DNA of 64,000 nt. It comes from Mobula hypostoma (lineage: Eukaryota). The notes under the pieces are model-generated. The model worked only from the letters and a program-made list of their open reading frames with translations. It did not search any database and had not been told where the DNA came from. A program made the translations under genes and the position numbers. Of the stretch, positions 36,050-49,633 are shown piece by piece. Location: positions 186,001-250,000 of the forward strand of contig NW_026948140.1 in NCBI RefSeq assembly GCF_963921235.1, given 5' to 3'. Position 1 is the first letter of the stretch. Each line of letters begins with the position of its first letter.

Positions 36050-38990
36050 GATAATTTGGCAAATTAATGTGTGGCTGAGAAGCTGATGCGGGGGCCGGGC
36101 TTCAGGTTCTTCGATTATTGGGATCTCTTCTGGAGGAGGTATGACCTGTTCAAAAGTGACAGGTTGCACCTAAGCCTGAGGGGAACCAATATTCTCATGG
36201 ACAGGTTTGTTAGAGCTGTTGGGGAGGGTTTGAAACTAATTTGGCAGGGGGTTGGAAACCAGAGTGATGGGACTCAGGATAATATGGATGGTAAAGAAGT
36301 AAAGATAGCATGCAGTTACGCTGTCAGGAAGGGCAGGCAGGTGATGGGACTTAGTTGCAGCCAGCAGGGTGAGTACCAGTACACTAGGATGCAGAATCAA
36401 AAAGGGTAGCAAATACAGCACTCGAAGTGTAATATCTCAATGCACGGAGCATAAGATATAAGGTTCATGATCTTGTTGCACTAGTACAGATTGTCCGGTA
36501 TGATGTTATGGCCATCACTGAATCATGGCTGAAGGATGGTTGTAGCCTTGAGCTGAATGTCTGCTGGTAAAGAATGGCATCAAATCTTGGAAAGAGATGA
36601 CATCGGATTGTAAAGTGTAGAGTCTCTATGGGTTGAGTTAAGAAATGGCAAGGGTAAAAGGACCCTAATGGCAGTTGTATACAGGTCTCCAAACAGCAGC
36701 CAGGATGTGGATTACAAATTACAGCAGGAGATAGAAAAGGCATGTCAGAAGGGCAATGTCATGATAATCGTTGAGGATTTTAACATGAGAGTGGATTGGG
36801 AAAACTGGGTCAGTACTGGACCTCCCTCAAGAGAGAGAATTTTTAGAATGTCTAACCATGTCTTTCTAGAACAGCTTGTTGTTGAGCCCACAAGGGGATT
36901 GGCTGTTCTGGACTGGGTGTTGTGCAATGATCCGGAAATGATCAGAGAACTTAAGGTTAAGGAACCCTTAGGGAACAGTGACCACAATATGATCGAGTTC
37001 ACATTGAAATTTGAGAGAGGAAAATAAAATCCAATGTGTCGCTATTTCAGTGGAATAAAGGAAATTACAATGGCATGAGAGGGGAACTGGCTGAAGTTGA
37101 CTGGAAAGGGACATTTGCAGGAAGGACAACAGAGTAGTAATGCTGGAGTTTCTGTGAAAAAGGAGGGAAGTGCAAGACAGATATTTTCCAAATAAGAAAT
37201 TTTTGAATGGAAGAAGGCCACTACTGTGGCTGACAAGTGAAGTCAGAGCCAAAGTAAAAGCAAAAGAGAGAGCATACAAGGAAGCCAGAGCTAGTGGGAA
37301 GATAAAGGATTGGGGAGTTTTTAAAAACTTGCAGAAGGAAACGAAGAAGGTCATTCTGAAGGAAAAGATGAATTATGAGAGGAACCTGACAACTAATATC
37401 AAAGAAGATACTAAAAGCTTTTTTAAGTACATAAAGGGTAAAAGAGAGTCGAGGGTAGATATAGGACCAATACAAAATGATGCTGGAGATATTGTAATGA
37501 GAGATGCAAAGATAGCAGAGGAACTGAATGCGTATTTTGCATCAGTCTTCACAGTGGAAGACATCTGCAGTATACCAGACATTCAAGAGTGTCAGGGAAG
37601 TAAAGTTTGTGCAGTGAAAATTATGACTGAGAAGGTGCTCAGGAAGCTTAATGGTCTGAGGGTGGATAAATCTCCTGGACCTGATGGAATGCACCTTCGG
37701 GTTCTGAAGGACGTGGCTGGAAAGATTGCGGAGGCATTAATGATGATCTTTAAAGAATTGATAGATTCTGGCATTGTACCGGATGAAGGAGATGCAGTGG
37801 ACATGGTGTACTTGGATTTTCAGAAGGCCTTTGACAAGGTGCCGCACATGAGGCTGCTTAGCAAGATAAGAGCCCATGGAATTACAGGGAAGTTACTAGT
37901 GTGGGTGGAACATGGTCTGGTCGGCAGAAAACAGAGAGAGGGAATAAAGGGATCGTATTCTGGCTGGCTTCCAGTTACCAGTGGAGTTCCACAGGGGTCG
38001 GTGTTGGGACCGCTGCTTTTTACGATGTATGTCAATGATTTGGACTATGGGATTAATGGACCTGTGGCTAAATTTGCCGATGATACAAAGATAGGTGGAG
38101 GTGCAGGTAGTGTTGAGGAAACAGAGAGCCAGCAGAGAGAGTTAGATAGTTTAGGAGAATGGGCAAAGAAGTGGCAAATGAAATACAATGTTGGAAAGTG
38201 TATGGTCATGCACTTTGGTGGAAGAAATAAATGGGCAGACTATTATTTAGATGGGGAGAGAATTCAAAATGCAGAGATGCAAAGGGACTTGGAGTCCTTG
38301 TGCAAGATACCCTAAAGGTTAACCTCCCGGTTCAGGCAGTTGTGAAGAAGGTGAATATAATGTTGGCATTCATTTCTAGAGGTATAGAATATAAGAGCAG
38401 GGACGTGATGTTGAGGCTCTATAAGGCACTCGTGAGACCACACTTGGAGTATTGTGTGCAGTTTTGGGCTCCTTATTTTAAAAAGGATATACTGACGTTG
38501 GAGAAGGTTTAGAGAAGATTCACGAGAATGATTCCAGGAATGAAAGGGTTACCGTATGAGGAACATCTGGCAGCTCTAGGGCGGTATTCCCTGGAGTTCA
38601 GGAGAATGAAGGGAGATCTCATGGAAACATTCCGAATGTTAAAAGGCCTGAACAGATTAGATACGGCAAAGTTATTTCCTGTGGTAGGGGATTCTAGGAC
38701 AAGTGGGCATGACTTCAGGATTGAAGGACATCCTTTTAGAACTGAGATGCAGAGAAATTACTTGAATCAGAAGGTGGTAAATCTGAGGGATTTTTTGCCA
38801 TGAGTGGCTGTGGGGGCCAAGTCATTGGGTGTATTTAAGGTAGAGATAGATAGGTTCTTGATTAGCCAGAACATCAAAGGGTAAGGGGTGAAAGCAGGGG
38901 AGTGGGGATGACTTGAAGAATTAGATCAGCCCATGGAGCAGACTTGATGGGCTGAATAGCCTACTTCTGCTCCTATATCTTATGGTCTTA
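36050..38990 (+). mobile_element. CR1 with ORF1 esterase C-terminus and decayed ORF2
   Basis: GFRFFDYW..KSDRLHLS (SGNH-type DxxH), then NARSI, GNSDHN and RT. Internal deletion near 37783. Confidence 0.92.
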
Positions 38991-38994
38991 TTGT

Positions 38995-40765
38995 CAAATC
39001 ATAGAAAGATGTGATGGAGGATCAGAAGATGCTGAATTCTTGTGGTTTGAATTAAGAGAATTAAAGGGAAAAAGGAGCTCGATGACAGTTATATACAGGC
39101 TTCCCAACAATAGCTGTGGAGTGGACCACAGATTACAACAGGAAATAGAAAAGGCATGTCAAAAGGGCAATATTTTGATAGTCATGGGAGATTTCAACAT
39201 GTAGGTCAATTGGGAAAACTGGGTCGGAAATGGATCTCAAGAGAGTGAGTTTGTTGAATGCTTACAAGATGGCTTTTTAGAGCAGTTCGTCTTTGAGCTT
39301 TCTAGGGCATCAGCTATACTGGTTTGGGCATTATGAAATTAACCAGAGATGTTTAGGGAGCTGAATTTAAAGGGACCCTTAGGAACCAGTGATCACAATC
39401 TATTGAGTTCAACTTGAAATTTGATAGGGAGGAAGTAAAGTGTGACATGGCAGCATTTCAGAGGAGTAAGGGAAACTACAGTGGTATGAGAGCGAAGTTG
39501 GCTAAAGTAAGTTGAAAGAAAATATTGGCAGAGATGACAGCAGAGCAGCAATGGCATGAGTTTCTTGCAAAAATGAAGAAGTGCCGGTTAGATGTATTCC
39601 AAAAATGAAGAAATACTCAAATGGCAAAATAGTACAACCATGGCTGACAAGGGAAGTCAAACCTAATGTAAACCAAAAGAGAGGGCATACAACTAGCAAA
39701 AAATAGTGGAAAGAAAAGGAATGGGAAGCTTTTAAAACCCTACAGAGAGCAGCCAAAAGAATAATTTGGAGGGAAAAGTTGAAACATGAAAGCAAGCTAG
39801 CAATCAATATCAAAGTGGATAGTAAAAGCTTTTTCAAGTATGTAAAAAATAAAAGAGAGATGCGTGTGGGTATAAGACTGATAGAAGATAAGACCTGAGA
39901 AATAATAACAGGGAAATGGCAGATGAACGAAATGATTATTTTGCATCAGTCTTCACTGTGGAGCACACTGGCAGTGTGCCAGATGTTGAAGGGTATGAGA
40001 GAAGAAAAGTGAGTGCAGTTACTGTTACAAGGATGAAGGTGCTCAAGAAGGCAAAAGACCTATGACCATAAGACTATAAGATGTAGGAGCAGAATTAGGC
40101 CATTCTGCGATTCAATCATGGCTGATCCTTTTTTTCCTTCTCCTCAACTCCATTCCCTGGCCTTCTCCCCATAACCTTTAATGCCATGTCCAATCAAGAA
40201 CCTATCATTCTCTGCCTTGAATATACCCAATGACATGACCTCCATAGGTGTACGTGGCAACAAATTTCATAAAATCACCACCTCCTGGCTAAAGAAATTT
40301 CTTTCCATCTCTGTTTTGAATGGATGCCCCTCTATCCTGAGACTCTGCCCTCTTGTCCTAGACCCTTCCACCATGGGGAACATCCTTTCCAAATCTACTC
40401 TGTCTAGGCCTTTCAACATCTGAAAGGTTTCTATGAGATCCCCCCTCATCCTTCTTAACTCCAGTGAGTACAGACCCAGAGCCATCAAACGTTCTTTGTA
40501 TGATAACCCTTTCATTCCCTGAATCATCCTCGTGAACCTCCTCTGGACCCTCTCCAGTGCCAACACATCTTTTCTTAGATGAGGGGTCCAAAACTGTAAA
40601 CAATACTCAAGGTGAGGCCTCACCAGTGCCTTATAAACCCTCAGCATCACATCCCTGCTCTTGTATCCAAGACTTCTCGAAATGAATGCAAAATTGCATA
40701 TGCCTTCCTCACCACCAGCGCCATCTACAAGTTGATCTTTAGGGTGTTCTATACAAGGACTTCCA
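38995..40765. mobile_element. CR1 endonuclease fragment (+, to ~40062) and CR1 3' fragment (-, 40063-40765)
   Basis: GDFN/SDH remnants on the plus strand. RPHLEYCLQFW and a tail on the minus strand. Confidence 0.85.
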
Positions 40766-40817
40766 GGGGATCAGTCATGATAGGATGCCGGAGCAGACTC
40801 AGTGGGCTGAATGGCCT

Positions 40818-41716
40818 AATTCTGCTACTCTGTGGTTAAATGCTAAAACGTAGCCAATGAGAAAGGTGATAAACTGTTTGTTTAAATGCTATACCGCTTT
40901 CTGCCAGTGAGTGGGGATGAACTACCACATATATGAATTTGTTAAAAAGAACAAATCTTATAAAAAGTATAATTTAAAAAATACAGTGGTTTCCAACACT
41001 AGTAATGGCAATTTCACTTACTTCTGCCCCAAGACACCCTTGAACTTCCAGCATATGCTTGTGTCTTCCATAGTGAAGTCTGATGCAAAATACTTGTTCA
41101 GTTTGTCTGTCATTTCCTTGTCCCCAATACTACCTCTCCAGCATAATTCTCCAGCTGTCTGATATCAAGTCTCACCTCTCTTTCTGAAAAAAAAAACATT
41201 TGGTATCCACTTTAATATGATTGACTAGCTTACCTTTGTGTTTCAGTTTTTCCTTCTTTCTGAATGATCCAATTCTGCTACCCTGTGGATAATACACTAA
41301 AACGTAGCCAATGAGAAAGGTAATAAACCAATTGTTTAAATGCTATACCGCTTTCTGCCAGTGAGTGGGGATGAACTACCACATATATGAATTTGCTAAA
41401 AAGAACAAATCTTATAAAAAGTATAATTTAAAAAATACAGTGGTTTCCAACACTAGTAATGGCAATTTCACTTACTTCTGCCCCCAGACACTCTTGAACT
41501 TCCAGCATATGCTTGTGTCTTCCATAGTGAAGTCTGATGCAAAATACTTGTTCAGTTTGTCTGTCATTTCCTTGTCCCCAATATTACTTCTCCAGCATAA
41601 TTTTCTAGCTGTCTGATATCAAGTCTCACCTCTCCTTCTGAAAAAAACATTTGGTGTCCACTTTAATATGATTGACTAGCTCTAGCTTACCTTTGTATTC
41701 CAGATTTTCCTTCTTT
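40818..41716. repeat. ~454-bp tandem duplication
   Basis: 40818-41259 versus 41271-41716. Near-identical chance ORFs start at 40911 and 41365. Confidence 0.92.
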
Positions 41717-41729
41717 GTGACTCTTTTCG

Positions 41730-42267
41730 TATGTACCTATCCAAACTTCTTATTAATGTTGAAATCAAGCTCACATACACCACGTACTGGAAGATCATTC
41801 TACACTCTCATGACTCTGAATGAAAAAAGTTTCTCCTCATGTGCTTCTCAAACTTTTCATCTTTCACCCTTAATCTAGTTGCAGTCCCAAGTAACTTCAG
41901 TGGAAAAAGCCTGCTTGCATTTACACTATTTATACCCCTTCTAATTTTGTATACCTCTATCAAATCTCCTTTCAATCATCTATGTTCCAAGGAATAAAGT
42001 CCCAACCTATTTAATCTTTCCTTATAACTCAGGTCCTCCTGGCCCAGGAAAACCCTTCTAAGTTTTCACTGTACTCTTTCAAACTTATTTACATCTTTCC
42101 TGTAGGTAGGTGACCAAAACTGCACACAAATTAGGCATCACCGAAGTCTGTACATTTCAACATCTAATCCCATCTCCTGTACTCAGTACCTAGATTTATG
42201 AAGGTTAGTGTGTCAATAGCTTTCTTTATGGCCCTATCTACCTGTGAAACTGCTTTCAATGAATTAA
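41730..42267 (-). mobile_element. Degenerate CR1 3' fragment
   Basis: Reverse complement resembles the CR1 ORF2 C-terminus. Confidence 0.8.
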
Positions 42268-45185
42268 AAACCATAAAAACCATAGAAAAACTACAGCACA
42301 GAAACAGGCCTTTTGGCCCTTCTTGGCTGTGCCGAACCATTTTCTGCCTAGTCCCACTGACCTGCACATGGACCATATCCCTCCATACACCTCCCATCCA
42401 TGTATCTGTCCAATTTATTCTTAAATGTTAAAAAAGAACCTGCATTTACTACCTCGTCTGGCAGCTCATTCCACACTCCCACCACTCTCTGTGTGAAGAA
42501 GCCCCACCCAATGTTCCCTTTAAACTTTTCCCCCCTCACCCTTAACCCATGTCCTCTGGTTTTTTTCTCCCCTTGCCTCAGTGGAAAAAGCCTGTTTGCA
42601 TTCATTCTGTCTATACCCATCATAATTTTATATAACTCTATCAAATCTCCCCTCATTCTTCTACGCTCCAGGGAATAAAGTCCTAACCTATTCAACCTTT
42701 CTCTGTAACTGAGTTTCTCAAGTCCCGGCAACATCCTTGTAAACCTTTTCTGCACTCTTTCAACCTTATTAATATCCTTCCTGTAACTTGGTTACCAAAA
42801 CTGAACACAATACTCAAGATTCGGCCTCACCAATGCCTTATACAACCTCATCATAACATTCCAACTCTTATACTCAGTACTTTGATTAATAAAGGCCAAT
42901 GTACCAAAAGCTCTCTTTACGACCCTATCTACCTGTGACACCACTTTTAGGGAATTTTGTATCTGTATTCCCAGATCCCTCTGTTTTACTGCACTCCTCA
43001 GTGCCTTACCATTAACCCTGTATGTTCTACCTTGATTTGACCTTCCAAAGTGCAATACCTCGCACTTGTCTGTATTAAACTCCATCTGCCATTTTTCAGC
43101 CCATTTTTCCAACAGGTCCAAGTCCCTCTGCAAGCTTTGAAAACCTTCCTCACTGTCCACTACACCTCCAATCTGTGTATCATCAGCAAATTTGCTGATC
43201 CAATTTACCACATTATCATCCAGATCATTGATATAAATGACAAATAACAATGGACCCAGCACTGATCCCTGTGGCACACCACTAGTCACAGGCCTCCACT
43301 CTGAGAAGCAATTCTCTACTACCACTCTTTGGCTTCTTCCATTGAGCCAATGTCTAATCCAATTTACCACCTCTCCATGTATACCTAGCGAATGAATTTT
43401 CCTAACTAACCTTCCATGCGGAACCTTGTCAAAGGCCTTACTGAAGTCCATGTAGACAACATCCATTGCCTTCACTTCATCCACTTTCCTGGTAATCTCC
43501 TCAAAAAACTCCAATAGATTGGTCAAACATGACCTACCATGCACAAAGCCATGTTGACTCTCCCTAATAAGTCCCTGTCTATCCAAATGTTTGTAGATTC
43601 TGTCTCTTAGTACTCCCTCCAATAACTTACCCACTACCGACGTCAAACTTACCAGCCTATAATTTCCCGGATTACTTTTCGATCCTTTTTTAAACAACGG
43701 AACAACATGAGCCATTCTCCAATCCTCCAGCACCTCACCCATAGACACCGACATTTTAAATATATCTGCCAGGGCCCCTGCAATTTCAACACTAGTCTCC
43801 TTCAAGGTCTGAGGGAATACCCTTTCAGGTCTTGGGGATTTATCCACTTTAATTTACCTCAAGATAGCAAGCACCTCCTCCTTTTCAGTCTGTACAGTTT
43901 CCATGATCTCACTATTTGTTTCCCTTAATTCCATAGACTTCATGCCAGTTTCCTTTGTAAATACAGACGCAAAAAACCCACTTAAGATCTCCCCCATTTC
44001 TTTTGGTTCCGCACATAGCCGACCACTCTGATTTTCAAGAGGACCAATTTTATCCCTTACAATCCTTTTACTCTTAATATACCTGTAAAAGCTCTTTGGA
44101 TTATCCTTCACTTTGACTGCCAAGGCAACCTCATGTCTTCTTTTAGCCCTCCTGATTTCCTTCTTAAGTATTTTCTTGCACTTTTTATACTCCTCAAGCA
44201 CTTTATTTATTCCCTGTTTCCTATACATGTCATACAACTCTCTCTTCTTCTTTGTCAGAGTTGCAATATCCCTTGAGAACCAGGGTTCCTTATTCCTATT
44301 CACTTTGCCTTTAATTCTGACAGGAACATACAAGCTCTGCACTCTCAAAATTTCTCCTTTGAAGGCTTCCCACCTACCGATCACATCCTTGCCAGAGAAC
44401 AACCTGTCCCAATCCACGCTTTTTAGAACCTTTCTCATTTCTTCAAATTTGGCCTTCTTCCAGTTTAGAACCTCAACCCGAGGACCAGATCTATCCTTGT
44501 CCATGATCAAGTTGAAACTAATGGTGTTATGATCACTGGAACCAAAGTGCTCCCCTACACAGACTTCCGTCACTTGTCCTAACTCGTTTCCTAACAGGAG
44601 ATCCAATATTGCATCCCCTCTAGTTGGTACCTCTACATATTGATTTAGAAAACTTTCCTGAACACATTTTACAAACTCTAAACCATCTAGACCCCTAACA
44701 GTATGGGAGTCCCAATCAATATGTGGAAAATTAAAATCCCCTACCACCACAACTTTATGTTTCCTGCAGTTACCTGCTATCTCTCTGCAGATTTGCTCCT
44801 CCATTTCTCATTGACTATTGGGTGGTCTGTAATACAATCCCACTAATGTTGCCATACCTTTCCTGTTTCTCAGCTCCACTCATAAGGACTCAGTAGACAA
44901 GCCCTCTAATCTGTCCTGCCTGAGCACTGCTGTAATATTTTCCCTAACAAGCAATGCTACTCCCCCACCTTTCATTCCTCTGCCTCCATCACATCTGAAA
45001 CATCGGAACCCTGGAATACTAAGCTGCCAGTCCTGCCCCTCCTGTAGCCAAGTTTCACTAATTGCTATAACGTCATAATTCCACGTGTCATCCACGCCCT
45101 CAACTCATCCGCCTTCCCCGCAATACTCCTAGCATTGAAATATATACACCTCAGAAGAATTTTACCACCACTCACAACCTTTCTA
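42268..45185 (-). mobile_element. CR1 with essentially complete ORF2 (EN + RT), few disablements
   Basis: ISETWL, GDFNFP, SSDHN and a 351-aa RT ORF. CTATGGTTT tail. Confidence 0.95.
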
Positions 45186-45194
45186 TTTGTGGCT

Positions 45195-47229
45195 ACCACT
45201 GCCCCGCCCCCCCCCCCCCCACCAGACAGTGATGCAGCCTGTCAGAATGCTCTCCACGGGACAACTATAGAAGTTTTTGAGTGTATTCATTGACATGCCA
45301 AATCTCTTCAAACTCCTAATAAAGTATAGCCGCTGACTTGCCTTTATCTGCTGGGACCAGGTTAGATCCTCAGAGATCTTGACATCCAGGAACTTGAAAC
45401 TGCTCACTCTGTCTACTTCGGATTGGTGTGTGCTCCTTTGTCTTACTCTTCCTGAAGTTCACAATCAGCTCTTTTGTCTTACTGACATTGAGTGCCAGGT
45501 TGTTGCTGTGGCACCATTCCACTAGTTGGCATATCTCAGTCCTGTACACCCTCTCATCACCACTTGAGATTCTACCAACAATGTTTGTATCATCAGCAAA
45601 TTTACAGATGGTATTTGAGCTATGCCCAGCCACACAGTCATGTGTATATAGAGAGTAGAGCAGTGGGCTAAGCACACACCCCTGAGGTACACCAGTGTTG
45701 ATCATCACTGAGGAGGATATGTTATCACTAATCTGCACAGATTGTGGTCTTCCGGTTAGGAAGTCCAGGATCCAATTGCAGATGAGGGTACAGAAGCCCA
45801 GATTCTGCACCTTCTCAATCAGGATTGTGGGACTGATGGTATTAAATGTTGAGCTATAGTCGATGAACAACATCCTGACATAGATGTTTGTGCTGTCCAG
45901 GTTGTATAAAGCCGTGTGGAGAGCCATTGAGATTGCATCTGCCATCGACCTATTGATAGGCAAATTGCAGTTGGTCCAGATCCTCGTTGAGGCAGGAGTT
46001 CAGTCTAGTCATGACCAACCTCTCAAAACATTTCATCACTGTCGACGTGAGTGCTACCGGGCGATAGTCATTAAGGCAGCCCACATTATTCTTCTTAGGC
46101 ACTGGTATAATTGTTGCCTTTTTGAAGGAAGTGGGAATTTCCACCTGTAGCAGTGAGAGGTTGAAAATGTCATTGAATACTCCCGCCAGTCAGTTGGCAC
46201 AATTTTTCAGAGCCTTACCAGGTACTCCATTGGGACCTTCCACCTTGCGAGGGTTCACTCTCTTTAAAAACAGCCTAACATCGGCCTCTGAGACAGAAAT
46301 CACAGGTTCATCAGGTGCAGCAGGGATCTTCACAACTGTAGTTGTGTTCTTTCTTTCAAAGCGGGCATAGAGGGCGTTGAGTTCATCTGGCAGTGAAGCA
46401 TTGCTGCCATCCATGCTATTGGGTTTTGCTTTGTAGGAAGTAATGTCTTGCGGAACCCGCCAGAGTTGCCGTACATCCAATGTCGCCTCTAACCTCATTC
46501 AGAATTGTCTCCTTGCCCTTGAAATAGCCCTCCGCAAATCATACCTGGTTTTCTGGTACAGGCCTGGGTCGCCAGACTTGAATGCCACAAATTTAGCTTT
46601 CAGCAGACAATGTACCTTCTGGTTCATCCACGGCTTTGGTTTGCGAATGTACAGTAAGTCTTTGTAGGCACACAGTCATCCACACAGGTTTTAATGAAGT
46701 CAGTAACAACTGCAGCATACTCATCGAACTTCGAAGATGAATCCCTGAATACAGTCCAGTCCACCAATTCAAAGCAGTCCTGTAGGCGCTGTTGTGCTTC
46801 CCTTGTCCATACCTTCTTGGTCCTCACTACTGGTGCTGCAGTCTTCAGTCTCTGCCTATACTCAGGGAGTAGAAGCACAGCCAGGTGATCAGACTTCCCG
46901 AAGCGAGGGCATGGAATAGCATGGTAGGCATTCTTGATGATGGTGTAACAATGGTCCAGTGTGTTGTTTCCTCTGGTATTGCAAGTGATCCGTTGATGGT
47001 AATTGCTTAGAGATTTTTTCAGACTGGCCTGGTTAAAATCTCTCAAAATGATGGTGAAAGTGTTAGGGTGCGCTGTTTCGTACATGTTAATCCCATTGCT
47101 CAGATCATCTAAAGCCTGCTTGACATTGGCCTGAGGTGGAATGTAAACCGCTACCAAAATGACCCCGGAGACCTCCCGTGGTAGGTCAAAAGGACAGCAA
47201 CTAACTGCTAGATATTCCAGGTCTGGAAC
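45195..47229 (-). mobile_element. Rex1/Babar-type LINE ORF (EN + RT), frameshifted
   Basis: [50 protein letters not shown] and KFADD. Confidence 0.9.
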
Positions 47230-49430
47230 TAATGCAGGTCTCCAGTCACAGAGGCAACCCTCTACTACCATTCTCTGGCTTCTCCCACAAAGCCAATGTC
47301 TAATCTAATTTACCACCTCATCTTGACTGCCGAATGACTGAACCTTCTTGACCAACCTCCCATGTGTGACCTTGTCAAATGCCTTGCTAAAGTCCATGTA
47401 GACAACATTCACTGCCTTGCCTTCATCAATTTCCCTGGAAATTTCTTTGAAAAACTCTATAAAATTGCTTAGACCTGACCTATCTTGCACAAAGCCATTG
47501 TAAGTATCTTTAAACAGTCAATCTCTATCCAAATACTCATATCTCCAGCCCCTTAGATACCTTCTAATAACTTTCACGCTACTGATGTGAGGCTCACCGG
47601 CCTTTAATTTCCTGGTTCATGATTAGAACCATCCTTGAACAATGGAACAACCTTGGCTATCCTCTAATCCTCTGGTACCTCTCTGTCATTAAGGATGATT
47701 TAAATACCTCTACTAGGGCACTGGCAATTTCTGCATTTGCTTCCGTAGGGTCTAGGTACACACCTTGTCAGATTTATCCACGCAGATTTGCCTCAGGACA
47801 GCAAATACCTCCTTTTCTGTAATCTGAAAGTGTTATATTTGAATGCAAGCAGCATAAGAAATAATGGATGATCTTGAAATTCAGCTAGAGACAGGCAAGA
47901 ATGACATTGCCATCTCTGAAACTTGGCTAAAGAGTGGCTGTGTCATGGTCCCGATCAGTTATTCCCTGGTTCCCTTCAAATTTCCTTTGTGTCGCGATCA
48001 GAACCGTTGACTCCTTGTTTTCCTTTAATTCATTGTTTCCCCATGTTTCTTGGGCTCTGTAATTAAAGGCATTTGATTCTCGGCTGAATGGTCGGTATAT
48101 AGTGTCGGGCTTACAGCTGCTCGGGGCTAGACCATCACCTGACGTCACCGAAGCAAGTGCGAGCAAGTCACCTTGCCGGAGCGAGCCAGGTCACATCACC
48201 GGAGCTACTCTAGTCTTCTCCCAGAAGCGAGTGCCAGTAAGTCTCCTCTCCTCGCTGGAGCCAGCCTGACAAGTTACCCTGCCTGAGCGAGCCTGCTATG
48301 CTACCTTGCCAGAGCAGGTCCATCAAGTTAACCCGCCAGAGTGAGTCAAGAGCCGCTGTCTGTAGTTCTGGGGCCGAGTTGAGAGCTTGCCGCTACTTGG
48401 AGCCACTTTGTGCCAAGATAAAGAACTGTCTATCGTTGTGTGGTTTTGTCTCTTCGTGTCCTTGGTCTCCGTTGGGTAGGTCCAGCCATTTGTCGCTACC
48501 TTGAGTTGGAAACTGTCTCTTTGTGTCCTCACCTCTGCTGGGTAGGTCCAGCCGTTTGCCGCTGCCCTGAGTTGGGAACTGTCTCTTCATGTTCTGTGTT
48601 CTGTGCTCTGTGTCCTGTGTCTAAGGAAGTGTCCCGGCTCTGTGTCCTGCATCCAAGGAAGAGTCTTGGCTCTAGTAACTATTAATAAACTCTATTTTTT
48701 GGTTAACACTACAAAATATGTTTGTGTCATGCATTTGGGCCCACCCATGCGCCACACTTGTGACAGGCTGCCATTAGGAGCTGAACATCCAAGGATATAC
48801 AGTGTATCGGAAAGGTAGGTTGGTAGGCAGAGGGGGTGGTGTGGCCCCATGTATAAGAAATAATATTAAATCATTAGCAAGGAATGACATAGGATTGGAA
48901 GGTGTAGCGTCTCTATGGGTTGAGTTAAGAAATGGCAAGGGTAAAAAGACCATAATGGCAGTTGTATACAGGCCTCCAAACAGCAGCTCGTTCAATCACT
49001 CCCACTCTGTCATGTATAAAACAACTGAACCCCAGGATACTGAGCTACCAGTCCTGCCCCTCCTGCAAATAAGTCTCACTAATGGCTACAATATCATATA
49101 TCCAGGTGTTGATCCATGCCCTGAGCTCATCTGCCTTTCCTACCATACTTCTTGCATTAACATATATGCAGCTCAAGACACTAGTCACAATATGATCAAC
49201 TTCTTGATTCCTGACTTTGTCTGAGTTCTTAACAACACCTGTCTCTACAACCACTTAACTATCTGTTATGGCACTCTGGTTCCCATCCCCATGCAACTCT
49301 AGTTTAAACTCCCCACCACAGCACTAGCAAATCTTCCCACTAGGATATTAGTCCCCTTCTAGTTGAGGTGCAAACTGCCTCTTCTGTTCAGGTCTCACCT
49401 CCCCCAGAAGAGAGCCCAATGATTCAAATG
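47230..49430. mobile_element. Mixed CR1 fragments (- 47230-47825; + 47826-48990 split by an LTR; - 48990-49430)
   Basis: YMDFSKAFD, ETWLKSG, LWVELRN and YVNARSM motifs. Confidence 0.8.
47941..48765 (+). mobile_element. Solo LTR (5-bp TSD family)
   Basis: TGTCATGGTCC...TTGTGACA. TSD GGCTG at 47936-47940 and 48766-48770. TATATA near 48096 and AATAAA at 48684. Confidence 0.92.
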
Positions 49431-49456
49431 ATCCTTAGGGCTTTGATACAGAAAGT

Positions 49457-49579
49457 TGATTTATGTTTCACTGCATTAAAACAGTATTATGCACTCGTAA
49501 TACATATCAGTACTTCTGATTTATGTTTCACTCCATTAAAACAGTATTATGCACTTGTAATACATATCAGTACTTCTGA
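49457..49579. repeat. 60-bp tandem duplication (2 copies)
   Basis: TGATTTATGTTTCACT...CAGTACTTC occurs twice with 2 mismatches. Confidence 0.95.
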
Positions 49580-49633
49580 GGCAGGGTCTCTCCCCGAAAA
49601 GTCGATTGTTTATTCCTCTGCATAGATGCTGCT
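49576..49633 (+). mobile_element. Degenerate Penelope tail / hammerhead remnant
   Basis: CTGAGGCAGGGTCTCTCCCCGAAAAGTCGATTG..ATAGATGCTGCT resembles 29920-29975. Confidence 0.6.

Noticed and set aside
40911..41616. Duplicated 83-aa gene pair
   Set aside because: GTG-started chance ORFs, half antisense CR1, duplicated only because the DNA is duplicated.
7314..44532. Many long antisense ORFs (e.g. 7314-8111, 27705-28097, 44113-44532)
   Set aside because: They are shadow frames opposite CR1 ORF2 and have no independent protein features.
49457..49579. CRISPR-like repeat
   Set aside because: Only two directly adjacent 60-bp units with no spacer, in a eukaryotic context with no cas genes.
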